Source: Hyaloraphidium curvatum SAG 235-1 (taxonomy: Eukaryota > Fungi > Monoblepharomycota). From it: a DNA stretch of 64,000 bases. The position numbers and the translations under genes were made by a program. Location: NCBI GenBank assembly GCA_025558095.1, contig JAIVFI010000028.1:434001-498000 (forward strand). The letters run 5' to 3'. Shown here piece by piece: positions 35,040-45,155 of the stretch (its first letter is position 1; each line of letters starts with the position of its first letter). The notes beneath the pieces are model-generated. The model worked only from the letters and a program-made list of their open reading frames with translations, was not told where the DNA came from and did no database searches.

Positions 35040-35285
35040 CAGCGCGATCGAGCTAGCATACTGGTTTAGGGAGTGGCCGCCCCGGCGGGTTTCGATCGAA
35101 GTGCACAGCGCTCCGCCCCGCTCCGCCACACGTCCCGAACGTCTCCCGGGAAACCCTGCGCCCCGCGTCGAAATCCGCATGGCGGTGCGACGCGTATATA
35201 TAGACGCTCACCGGGCCTGGCCTCCCCATCGAACTCGACAGCAAACAAACAGCAAACGACCCTCCGAACCCCGAACCCGACGACA
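35040..35285 (+). promoter_or_regulatory. Conserved promoter/5'-UTR module of the Cys-repeat gene family
   Basis: GCACAGCGCTCCGCCCCGCTCCGCCAC..GAACGTCTCCCGG..GAAATCCGCATGGCGG..TATATATA..CTCCCCATCGAACTCGACAGCAA recurs upstream of copies 1, 2, 5 and 6, and partly of copy 3. Confidence 0.7.
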
Positions 35286-36193
35286 ATGTTCTGCTTCAAC
35301 CTCACCACCTCCGAGCCCTCGCCCTTCGCCGCCTCGGGCCTGCACCCTGCCGCCGCCGCCGTCGACCTGTCCAAGGTCCGGCGCCGCGTGCTCAAGGAGA
35401 AGCAGTGGACCGAAGAGCGGGTCGACGCGGCGGTGGCCGAGTACCGCCGTTTTGCGACGCTGGCGGCCGCGGGCGTGCCGATGCCGCCCTGCCTCGACGT
35501 GGACGAGATCTGGTGAGCTTCTTCTCATTTTCCTGCTCCTACTTCCTGCTAACCTCTCGCGGTGACAGGCACGCCCACATCCTGCACACGATCGACTACG
35601 CCGCCTTCTCGGCCGCCCTCCTCGGCCCCGGCTCCTTCCTCCACCACATCCCGGCCGACCCTGAGGACACCCCCGTGGAACAGCGCGAGGCGATGAAGAG
35701 CGGCTACTCTGCTGGTCTCACGGCCTACCGGGAGCGCTTCGGCGCCGAGCCGCACGCCATGTGGGGCGGAGAGTTGCCTGCGGAGGCGGACGCCGAGTGC
35801 GCGCCATGCCTTTACAAGGCCGAGGACAATGATGAGCCAGCCGAGCCGTCTAGCCCGGCGCCGATCTGCATCTTCTCGGTTTCCAAGCCCGAGCAGGCGG
35901 GCCAGGCGCTCTGCATCCAGCCCAAGGCCGCGGACTCCGGCAAGGCGTTCCGTCTCTACAAGGCCGAAAAGGCCGGATGCGTGCCCTGTTTCGCGTTCCG
36001 CGAGGAGGCCAAGACGGCGGACTCGAATCAGGCCTTCTGCGGCTTCGGCATTGCCGGCGCCCCCCGGCAGGCCTTCTGCGGGTACGGCATCGCCGGCGCC
36101 CCCCGGCAGGCTTTCTGCGGCTACGGCCTGGCGGCGCCCGCGGCGCGGAGCAACCAGGCCCTGTGCTTCATGGCGCGCGAGGTGCAGGCGTGA
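35286..36193 (+). CDS. GRDP-like domain + Cys-motif tail, copy 4 (intron 35513-35568)
   Basis: Same domain. Tail PICIF, ALCIQ, AFRLY, GCVPCF, AFCGFG, AFCGYG x2, ALCFM. Confidence 0.9.
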
Positions 36194-36455
36194 TCTTGCC
36201 GCGGATGATGTACGATTCCATCGATATCCATCGATGTTTTGCATACTGTGTCATTCTTGATTTCTCCGCCGCCGGACGTCCGAGGGATGGAGCTGGATGT
36301 AGAGGCAAGCAACCGTCGGAAAAGGGTGAAAGGGGCACGTCGATACCAACACGAGACGATCACCAATCAGCTTTAGCCCAGCGCATCTCCACATGAGACC
36401 CGCATCATTTGCTGCTCTTTCCGGCCCCCAAGCTGCTTCGGGCCTTGGCGGCTAG

Positions 36456-37303
36456 ATGGGAGATGAGGGCACCAGCCCACCCCGCCGCCAGCCAGCCGAC
36501 ACTGCCCTCGCGCCGCTGACCCCCCTTGGCACCGGCGCGATGGCGTCTCCCGAGCCGGGGCGGCGGGGGAGCACGGCGCGGCAGATGCTCTCGGCCCTCG
36601 CGGTACCTTTTTCGCGGCCCCGGGGCCGGTCCCCGTCACCGTCCCTCACACTGCCGCACCCGCGGACCGATGCGAGCCCCGGCCGCGGGCGCTCTCCCTC
36701 GCACGCGCCGATCGTCACGCGCAGCAACTCGGAGCCGCTGGCCGCGCTGCTCGCGCCGCCGCCGTCGCCGTCGCCGCACTCGGCTCCGCCCGCGCCCCGA
36801 AGGTCGTCGACCACGCCCTCCACGCTGGCGCCCGCGCCGTCGAGCTACCCCGCCGATCCGTCGCCGCCGGAGCGCGCGGAGCTGATCGCACACGGCCGGA
36901 GGCGCCGCAAGGCACATGTAGACATCGCGGTGATCGGCGTCGGCTCCGAGGGCACCGTGAAGCTGGCGCTGTGCACCGAAACCAACACAAAGGTGGCCAT
37001 CAAGAGCATCCCGCGCGTGCAGCTGCCCCCCAATGCGCCCGCCGCGACCCTCGAGGCGCGCGACGCCCGCGAGCGCGCGATCCGCAAGCGCGCGCTGGCC
37101 CTGCTGACCCACTGCGGGCACCCGCACCTCCCCGAGATCCACGAGGTCTTCGAGACGGAATCGAAGTTCTACGTCGTCGGAGAGTACTGTGCCGGCGGCG
37201 ACCTCGCCCGCTACCTCGCCTCGAGGGGGGGCATGCTCCCCGAGCCGGAAGCCGCCGGGATCGTGGCCACGCTGATTCGCGCCCTCTCTTATCTTCACGC
37301 GCA

Positions 37304-37339
<36 letters not shown>

Positions 37340-38253
37340 TCTCCTGCGCAGGGAAGACGACGTCGCCTCGATCTGCGTGGCCGATTTCGGCGAGGCCTTC
37401 GTCGGCGAAGCCCTCATCGGACCGGGCGATCCGCTCGCTGCGGGCTCGAGCGCCTCCCTCGCGGACTCGCAGATGAAAACCATGGCCGGCACCCCCTTCG
37501 TGGGCATCCCACGTCTCCCTCTGCTTTGCGCCGCTGACCTCCCGCCCGCAGTACCTCGCCCCCGAGATCGCACACGGCAACAGCTACACCTCCAAGGTGG
37601 ACCTCTGGTCCCTCGGCTGCATCGCGTACGAGCTCCTCGCCGGGCGCTCCCCCTTCTCGGACTCGCGCTCCATGGCGGAGCTCTTCTCCCGCATCGAATC
37701 CGCGCGGTACTCCCCGCCCGCGGGTGCCTCCCCCGCCGCGCTGGCTTTCCTCGCGCGGCTGCTGGACCCCGACCCCGCGCGCCGGCCCGACGCCGGGGAA
37801 GCCCTGGGCGACCCGTGGATCCGCGGCGGCATGTCCAAGCTCAAGAGGATGCAGAGCGGGTTGGAGGTGTTTTTCCGCAAGGGCACGGGGGAGGTGATGC
37901 CGGTGCACCACGCCGCGGGGGGGTGGGAACCGGGCGAGGACGGGGACGAGGAGGAACCGGGGGAAGCGGAGCGGGTGGAGATCACGGAGGTGCTCCTCCC
38001 CGGTGCCGAGCGGCTGGGGAGGCGGAATTCGGGGACCAGGGTGACGATCCGCGCCGGCGGGGTGGTGCCCGTCCTCGACGGGACGGCGGTGGGGACCGGC
38101 GGAAGGGCGCGGTGGACGCGGGGGAGGAAGCAGGTCCGGTTCGGGGACTCGGGGGTCGACGTGGAGGCGGCGGAGATGGGGTTCGCGGAGCTGAAGCTGG
38201 AGGCGGCGTGGGTGGCGGAGGACGACGAGGAGGGGGAGGAGGGGCGGAGTTGA
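36456..38253 (+). CDS. CAMK-group Ser/Thr kinase (intron ~37500-37550)
   Basis: IGVGSEGTVK, VAIK, HRDLKPANVL, ADFG, AGTPF|YLAPE and DLWSLG. Confidence 0.9.
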
Positions 38254-38483
38254 AAGGATGCGGGCGTTTGGACTCTGGCACGCAATCGTTGGATCTGATT
38301 CGCAGCTGTGGCATGGCATGGTGGGGCGGTCGTTGTTCGTTGTTCGTCGTTCTTGGGCGTTATTACATCTACATCGGCCTGCAGGCCAGGACCATGGGGC
38401 AGAGGATCCAGGTCCGAAAGATCGGGCATTGTAGGTATCACAGATGTATTGGATCGAGTGGATATCGTCGGAATCTCGCAGCA

Positions 38484-39364
38484 TCACACGGAAACCTGGG
38501 GAGCCTGCCAGCAGAAGGCCTGCTTCGAGTTCGCGGGCTTCTGGGAGACTGTATGGAAGCACAGGGCCTGCGCAGGGGCGTTGATGCAAAGGGCTGCTCC
38601 GCGAGCCTCGCGGGAAGAGGCATTGAAGCACAAGGCCTGCGCGGGCGCGTTGATGCAGAGGGCTCCCCCGCGGGAGGTAGCCATGGCGTCGCTGCCGGCG
38701 GCCTTGTTGTAGATGCAGAGGGCCGCAGGGGCGGTCGTCCAGTTGACGCAGCGCGCCATGCCCGCGTCCTTGCCGGCCGCGTTGATGCAGAGAGCCCTTC
38801 CGGACGGCTCGGCGGGCGCTGCACCGTCCTCGGCCTTGTAGAGGCAGGGAGCACACTCGGCGTCCGCCTCCGCGGGCAACTCTCCGCCCCACATGGCGTG
38901 CGGCTCGGCGCCGAACCGCTCCCGGTAGGCCGTGAGGCCGGCGGAGTAGCCGTTCTTCATGGCCTCGCGCTGCTCTGCGGGGGTGTCCTCGGGGTCGGCG
39001 GGAACGTGGTGAAGGAAGGAACCGGGCCCGAGGAGGGCGGCGGAGAAGGTGGAGTAGTCGATCGTGTGCAGGATGTGGGCGTGCCTGTCACCGCGAGAGG
39101 TTAGCAGGCATAAGGAGCAGGTCAGTGAGAAGAAGCTCACCAGATCTCGTCCACGTCGAGGCACGGCGGCATCGGAACTCCCGCGGCCGCTAGCGTGGCG
39201 AACCGGCGGTACTCGGCCACGGCCGCGTCGACGCGCTCTTCGGTCCAGTGCTTCTCCTTGAGCACGCGGCGCCGGACCTTGGCGAGGTCAACGGCGGCGG
39301 CGGCGGGGTGCAGGCCGGAGGCGGACATGTCGGCGGAGTCGTAGGCGTAGGCGAAGCAGAGCAT
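38484..39364 (-). CDS. GRDP-like domain + Cys-motif tail, copy 5 (intron 39085-39140)
   Basis: MLCFAY..VDEIW|HAHILHT. Tail ALCIN, ARCVN, ALCIY, ALCIN, ALCFN, ALCIN, ALCFH, AFCWQ. Confidence 0.9.
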
Positions 39365-39957
39365 GGTCGTTCGGGGATGGTTTATCGGGTCGGTTGGGTG
39401 TTTGGTTGCTGTCGGGTTCGATGGGGAGGCCGGCGGGGTGACCGGTCATATATAGTCTCGCTGCTGAGCGCTCCGCCATGCGGACTTTCGGCGGGGGGGC
39501 GCGGGGTTCCGGGGGACGTTCGAGGACGAGTGGCGCAGCGGGCGGAGCGCCGGTGCCCCCCTTCCTCGAAGTCGACCGCTGCAGCCCCTCCCTCTTCCAT
39601 TGCATCGTTTGGCCAAAATCTAGTGATTCATTAACCTCAATCCCTTATTTGTCGAGCTCAGCTCAGCTCCGCCGTTTGGGGTGTGAAGGAGAGTGTCCGG
39701 GCTCCCGAAAGGAGCTGGCGCAGAGAACCAAGTTTTCCATCCCTCTCTATGACGCATTGCCATTGCAGTTGCGCGGGACGTCCGTTGCGCTACCACTGCA
39801 TTCACTTTCCCTTGGAGGCAGGCCTCAGAACCCCATCGGATGAATCAGTTGTGTGGCAAATCATGAGCGTCCCTGGGCTCCGCCACCGTCGGAGTCATCC
39901 ACAGCTCACACAGCTGCGATCCTGCGAATCGTGCCCCAAAGCACACACACCACACCA

Positions 39958-40629
39958 ATGAACCCGTACCGCTACCCTGAACCCGGCCCGGCGGCAGCGC
40001 CGGCGCCTTCGGCCGCAGCGTGGCCCGCCGCCGCGCCGGCAATCCCGACCCCTGACTACGCGGAGCCTTCCCCGCCGCCTGGCTCCTCCCCACGCATGAC
40101 CTACTACTATGGCCAGCCCGGGTCCGACCTGGGTTATCCGGACGCATCGGGCTATACGTACGGCCCGCCTGCCTACCCGGCGCAGCCGGCGCTCCCGCCC
40201 CCGGCTTACCCCGCACATCCGGCCGACTACTACCCCCCGCAGTCGACGACCGTCGTCGTCTCCGACGGAACAGACGACGAGAGCGTGGCCGCTTCCAAGA
40301 CCCCGCCGACCAAGCGCAGCGGCTGGACATACCTTGGCATCGGTCTGCTCCTTACGATTGCCGGCGCCGCCCTGCTGGCCCTGTACGCGACCCAGCGTTG
40401 CGGATACCAGCGTTTCACATATACCTGCTATGTAGGGCTCCCTTGCCGGGCGAACGGAACCGCTACTTCGGACGTGCTGACCCGCGTTCTGCAGGAAATG
40501 GTGTCGTACCTCTACAGTGGCATCGTGTGCGTCATCTTCGCCGCCATCTTCATCGCGTGGGGTTCGTCGATCTTCTACCGCCTTTCCAAGACCGCGTCAA
40601 TCGCCCCGCAAGCGCACCAGACGAAGTAA
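39958..40629 (+). CDS. Pro/Tyr-rich N-terminus, two-TM membrane protein (one probable intron)
   Basis: PPAYPAQP-type repeats followed by two hydrophobic helices with Cys between them. Confidence 0.65.
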   Translation: MNPYRYPEPGPAAAPAPSAAAWPAAAPAIPTPDYAEPSPPPGSSPRMTYYYGQPGSDLGYPDASGYTYGPPAYPAQPALPPPAYPAHPADYYPPQSTTVVVSDGTDDESVAASKTPPTKRSGWTYLGIGLLLTIAGAALLALYATQRCGYQRFTYTCYVGLPCRANGTATSDVLTRVLQEMVSYLYSGIVCVIFAAIFIAWGSSIFYRLSKTASIAPQAHQTK

Positions 40630-40735
40630 CGGAGGGATGACGGGCGATCCAGTCAAAAGCCGGCGTGCCCCATCCGAGAGGTGAGGCCCCGAGAAGTGTT
40701 GACCGCCAATTCCATGCCATGTTTCGTGAGCGTTT

Positions 40736-41062
40736 TTGGCTTCTATGCCTCGCATCCGAGCTTGTTGGTACCGTGGAGTGTGGAACGAAGGTTGTACTCT
40801 CCCCGGGCGTCCGAAATGGATGCATGTAGGACGAGATGTAGTGGGACTAAGATGCTCGAGGTGCAAAACGACCGAGTACTGCTCGCCCGAGTGCCAGAAG
40901 GCACACTGGTCCGTGCACCGCCATGGTTGCAGGCCTCGAGGCACCGCCTTTGGACCTGATGACTTGTTGGGCCATTCCATGGTAGAGGTCATTGATCGGG
41001 CTACTCACCGCAACAAGGTAGTGGTTTCTCATGGACTGACCAATTCTCGCAACGGTCGATGA
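40736..41062 (+). CDS. MYND-type zinc finger protein (small or partial)
   Basis: LRCSRCKTTEYCSPECQKAHWSVHRHGC. The first CxxC pair and the start are not resolved. Confidence 0.55.
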   Translation: MASMPRIRACWYRGVWNEGCTLPGRPKWMHVGRDVVGLRCSRCKTTEYCSPECQKAHWSVHRHGCRPRGTAFGPDDLLGHSMVEVIDRATHRNKVVVSHGLTNSRNGR

Positions 41063-41175
41063 AGCCACGTCGTGACGATGTGCGGTAATCGATTCCTTCA
41101 ATGCGTGTTTCTCTACAAGATGCAGCGTTGGTTGCCTGGTATCCCTCCTCCTCCCCCTCCCCAGACCGAGATCCT

Positions 41176-43944
41176 TCACTTCTTCCTCCCCCCGCGCCCG
41201 CCCTTGCCCCTGCCCCGCTGGGACCCCTTCTTCCTCGGCGACTTCTGCCCGACGGAAAAGTCGCCGTCCGACATGCCCTCGTTCCCGTCCGACATCCCCA
41301 CCTCGTCGTCGCTGTCCGCGCGGATCGCCCGCCTGGCCCTGGTCGGCGTCTCGGGGGTCCTCGGCGGCGGGCGCTGCTTCTTGGACGGCGGCGTGGTGCT
41401 CGCGGGCGTCGGCTCCTGCGGCTGGTTCTTGCGCTTGACCGGCGTCGCGGGGACCGCTTGCACCGGCGCCGTCGGAGCAATGTGCACCGCGGCCGGGGTC
41501 GGCTCCTGCAGCTGATTCTTGCGCTTGACCGGCGTCGCCGGGGCCGCTTGCACCGGCGCCACGTGCACCGCGGCCGGGGTCGGCGCGGCCACCCTCGGAA
41601 CCCTGGCCTCGGCCCCGCCAAACGCCCGCCTGAACGCCTCCGAGTTCTTCTTGTGCAGCCAGTCCAGTTTCCCGTACTTCCAGCTCAGCGGGCCGCAGTT
41701 GATGTCCACGAGCAGCAGCTCGGCCTTGGACCGGGTGAGCGCGACGTACTGCCCGAAGAGGGAACATCAGCTCGCTCGGCGCGCACCGAGAGACGGTCCG
41801 ACCCACGATCAGGTTCGCCTCCTGCTCCCTCTCCCACTGCATCGCCCCCCTCTCCCCCCGGGGGAAGAACGGGCAGTCCCACGGCTGCACGATCACCACC
41901 CTCGCGCGCTCGAGCCCCTTGGCCTTGTGCACCGTCGAGAGGTGCGCCGCCCCCGCCGCTCCGGGGGAGTGCCCGGGGGACAGGGCGGGGTAGAGGCGGT
42001 GCAGCTCCTCGAACAGCGCGTGGCCGACCGCCGGTCCGGGCCCCGTGGCAGAGGCGAGCAGGCGGTCGATGATGCGCACGAGCAGTGACCCCGGATCGAG
42101 CGGCTTGTCTGTCACCTTCGCCGCCGCGATCGCCCGGAGCTCCGCCAGCGGCACCGCACTCCCCTCGTGGTACGGATCAGGGAACCGCGGAACCGCCGCC
42201 CCGTGCTTCCTCAGGAACGCCGCGAGCCTGCTCCCGACGTTGACCGCCGAGCACGTGTGCGGGATGCCCCACTCCCCTAGCTTCCAGGCGAGCAGCTTCA
42301 GGGGCTGGTTCAGGCGCGCGAGGACCAGGTCTCCCGGCCTGAAGATGGCGGCAGCAGCCTGGCCCGCATCGGGGGAGTCGATGTCCCAGATCCCGGGTCG
42401 GTATTCGAGCGCACCGCGCGCGGCACCGGGTCGGGCGTCGAGTCGCACGGGGCGTTGGAGCAGGTTGGCCATCTGCATCGTGGCTTCGACGTGGAGGGCG
42501 GGGCAGCGCCACGTGATGGGGAGGTCGAAGCGGGTGAGGGCGCCGAAAGAGTGGGGGAGGTGGTCCAGGGAGTTGGGGAGGGAGCCGGCCCTGTGAAGCA
42601 CTCGTGTCAGCCGAGTTGGACCACACCCGGATTGAACACCACCCACCATGCGTAGATCGACTGGTGGCGGTCCCCCACGGCCACGAGCCGCCCGCCCTGG
42701 TCCAGGCACCGCCGCACGAGCTCGATCCGCATCAGGGAGAGGTCCTGTGCCTCGTCCACAAAGACGAACTTGAGCCGCGGGAACTTGACACCGCGCACGA
42801 GCACGGGGAGGTAGATCAGGTCGTCGAAGTCGACGACGTGCTTCCTGCGGGGCTCCAACGCCCAGCCCACGGCGCGGCGCATGGCCATGCCGAGCACCTG
42901 GACCACCCTGCGCTCGACGGCATCCAGGGGCAGGTGGGCGAAATCCTTGTGCTCGAACTTCTTGCCGTAGAACCGGAACAGAGAGGCAAAGTCGGTCGGC
43001 GTTTCCACCGCGGGCGGGGGGAGCGGCTGCAGCAGGTCGCGGAGGTTCCTGCTGGTGTCGACGACAAGGTGCTGCACGGGGTCGAGCGGAGGTGGGATAG
43101 CGTTGCAGCGCGCGAGGGAGACGAGGTGCCGCAATCGGAAGGCCTTGTTGAGATCCGGGATCGACGGCACGGGGGGCGGGACCTTGCGCTTCATGGCGGC
43201 CTCGACCTCCTCGCCGTGCAGCGACTTGAGGATCTTGGACATCTTGGCGCCGTCGAGCCTGATGAGGTCGCCGGCCCCGCGCGATGCCGACCTCGCTTCC
43301 GCAGACCGCTCGTCGTCGCCCTCCTCCCCGTCGTCCTGCAGGTCCGCGGTCCAGTAGTCCGGGTCGTTCTCGAGGTCGTCCAGGTCGTCGTCGTCGCAGT
43401 TGAGCGACGAGTCCCACGACTCGTCGGCATCCTCCGCGTCGGGCTGCCGCGCGAGCGCCTTGACGTGGTCGAACCAGATGCGCCGGCCGAACGCGTGGAA
43501 GGTGAAGACCCTGCCCGATGGCCGCGTTAGAAGGGGAAACGCGCGTGGGACAGCTGTCACGAGCACCTGCGGCTGGCCCCGGCACCGTCCTGGATCTTTT
43601 CTCCGAGCTCTGGGGGCGGCGGCGGAGGAAGAGGGAGGCGTCAGACAAGGCAACGCGGTCGCACAGGGCGGGCGCCCACCCTCCATGATCCTTCGGTTGA
43701 ACATGAGGCACGCGACGCCCTCGTGCGGCACGTGCTGCAGCGCGTGCAGGATGGCGGTCGTCTTGCCGCTGCCGGCGCGGGCCTCGATGAAGCCGCTCCC
43801 GCGGCCGGAGCGCAGGAAGTCGGCCAGCCGGCGGAGGTTCGCGTCGCTCTCGGTGGACCCGGCTCCCGGCACCGGGCGCGGTCGGGCGGGGGCGCCGGCG
43901 GGCCCGCCCGCGCGGGGCGTCGCCGGCGGGGAGGCCGAGGCCAT
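41176..43944 (-). CDS. UvrD/REP-like superfamily 1 DNA helicase (multi-intron) with basic low-complexity tail
   Basis: ARAGSGKTT, TFHAFG, DFDDLIY, FVDEAQDLS, AVGDRHQSIY, TWRCP, LSTVHKAKGLE and EANL|YVALTR. Confidence 0.92.
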
Positions 43945-44230
43945 CGCGATGCGCCCGCGGGAGGTAGCGGCACGTGCTGGTGGGCCGGCCGGGGCTTGTT
44001 TGTTCGACGTGTTTGGTGGAGGGGGCCGCGACCTCGGCGCGACCTCGGCGCGGCCCGCTGCTTCGGACGCCTTTCTCGCCAGATCTGCAAGCTCTGCCCC
44101 GGTTTCCCGTCTTCAGAGGACGGAGGTGTGCAGAAGAATGGACCTCTCTTTGAGCCTTGGAAGTTATAACGCACAGAATGTATTGTATCGATTTGGACAT
44201 CGATGGAATCGCACGTCATCTCGGAGCAGA

Positions 44231-45155
44231 TCATGCCTGCACCGCGGGTGCCATGAAGCACAGGGCCTGGTTGCTCCGCGCCGCGGGCGCCGCCAGGCCG
44301 TAGCCGCAGAAGGCCTGCCGGGGGGCGCCGGCAATGCCGAAGCCGCAGAAGGCCTGCTTCGAGTCCGCCGTCTTGGCCTCCTCGCGGTTGACACCCCTGA
44401 TGGGGCTGCAGAGGGCCTCGCCGGTCGCGGCAGCCTGCTTGCTGAAAGCAAAACAGGGCACGCATCCGGCTTTTTCGGCCCTGTAGAGACAGAACGCCTT
44501 GCCGGAGTCCGCGGCCTTGGGCTGGATGCAGAGCGCCTGGCCCGCCTGCTCGGGCTTGGAAACCGAGAAGATGCAGATCGGCGCCGGGCTAGACGGCTCG
44601 GCTGGCTCATCATTGTCCTCGGCCTTGTAAAGGCATGGCGCGCACTCGGCGTCCGCCTCCGCAGGCAACTCTCCGCCCCACATGGCGTGCGGCTCGGCGC
44701 CGAAGCGCTCCCGGTAGGCCGTGAGACCAGCAGAGTAGCCGCTCTTCATCGCCTCGCGCTGCTCCACGGGGGTGTCCTCAGGGTCGGCCGGGATGTGGTG
44801 GAGGAAGGAGCCGGGGCCGAGGAGGGCGGCCGAGAAGGCGGCGTAGTCGATCGTGTGCAGGATGTGGGCGTGCCTATCAAGAAGGAGGTTAGCGGGCAAT
44901 CGGAGCAGGTCGATGCGAAGAAGCTAACCAGATCTCGTCAACGTCGAGGCAGGGCGGCATCGGCACGCCCGCGGCCGCCAGCGTCGCAAAACGGCGGTAC
45001 TCGGCCACGGCCGCGTCGACCCGCTCTTCGGTCCATTGCTTCTCCTTGAGCACGCGGCGCCGGACCTTGGACAGGTCAACGGCGGCGGCGGCGGGGTGCA
45101 GGCCGGAGGCGGCGATGGGCGAGGGCTCGGAGGTGGTGAGGTTGAAGCAGAACAT
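44231..45155 (-). CDS. GRDP-like domain + Cys-motif tail, copy 6 (intron 44874-44928)
   Basis: Same domain. Tail PICIF, ALCIQ, AFCLY, GCVPCF, ALCSP, AFCGFG, AFCGYG, ALCFM. Confidence 0.9.

Noticed and set aside
36191-36260. All six copies end in TGA with a conserved downstream element, suggesting selenocysteine/SECIS readthrough
   Set aside because: TGA is the common stop in this GC-rich sequence. The element is too short and lacks a consistent AUGA-AA-GA SECIS arrangement, and no reading frame is conserved past the stop.
40847-44200. Very long ORFs such as 40847-44200 (-), 14422-16542 (-), 25880-27928 (+) and the 3' part of 36456-39104 (+)
   Set aside because: These are Arg/Gly/Pro-rich shadow frames caused by high GC, overlapping real spliced genes. 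Only the parts coinciding with true exons are meaningful.
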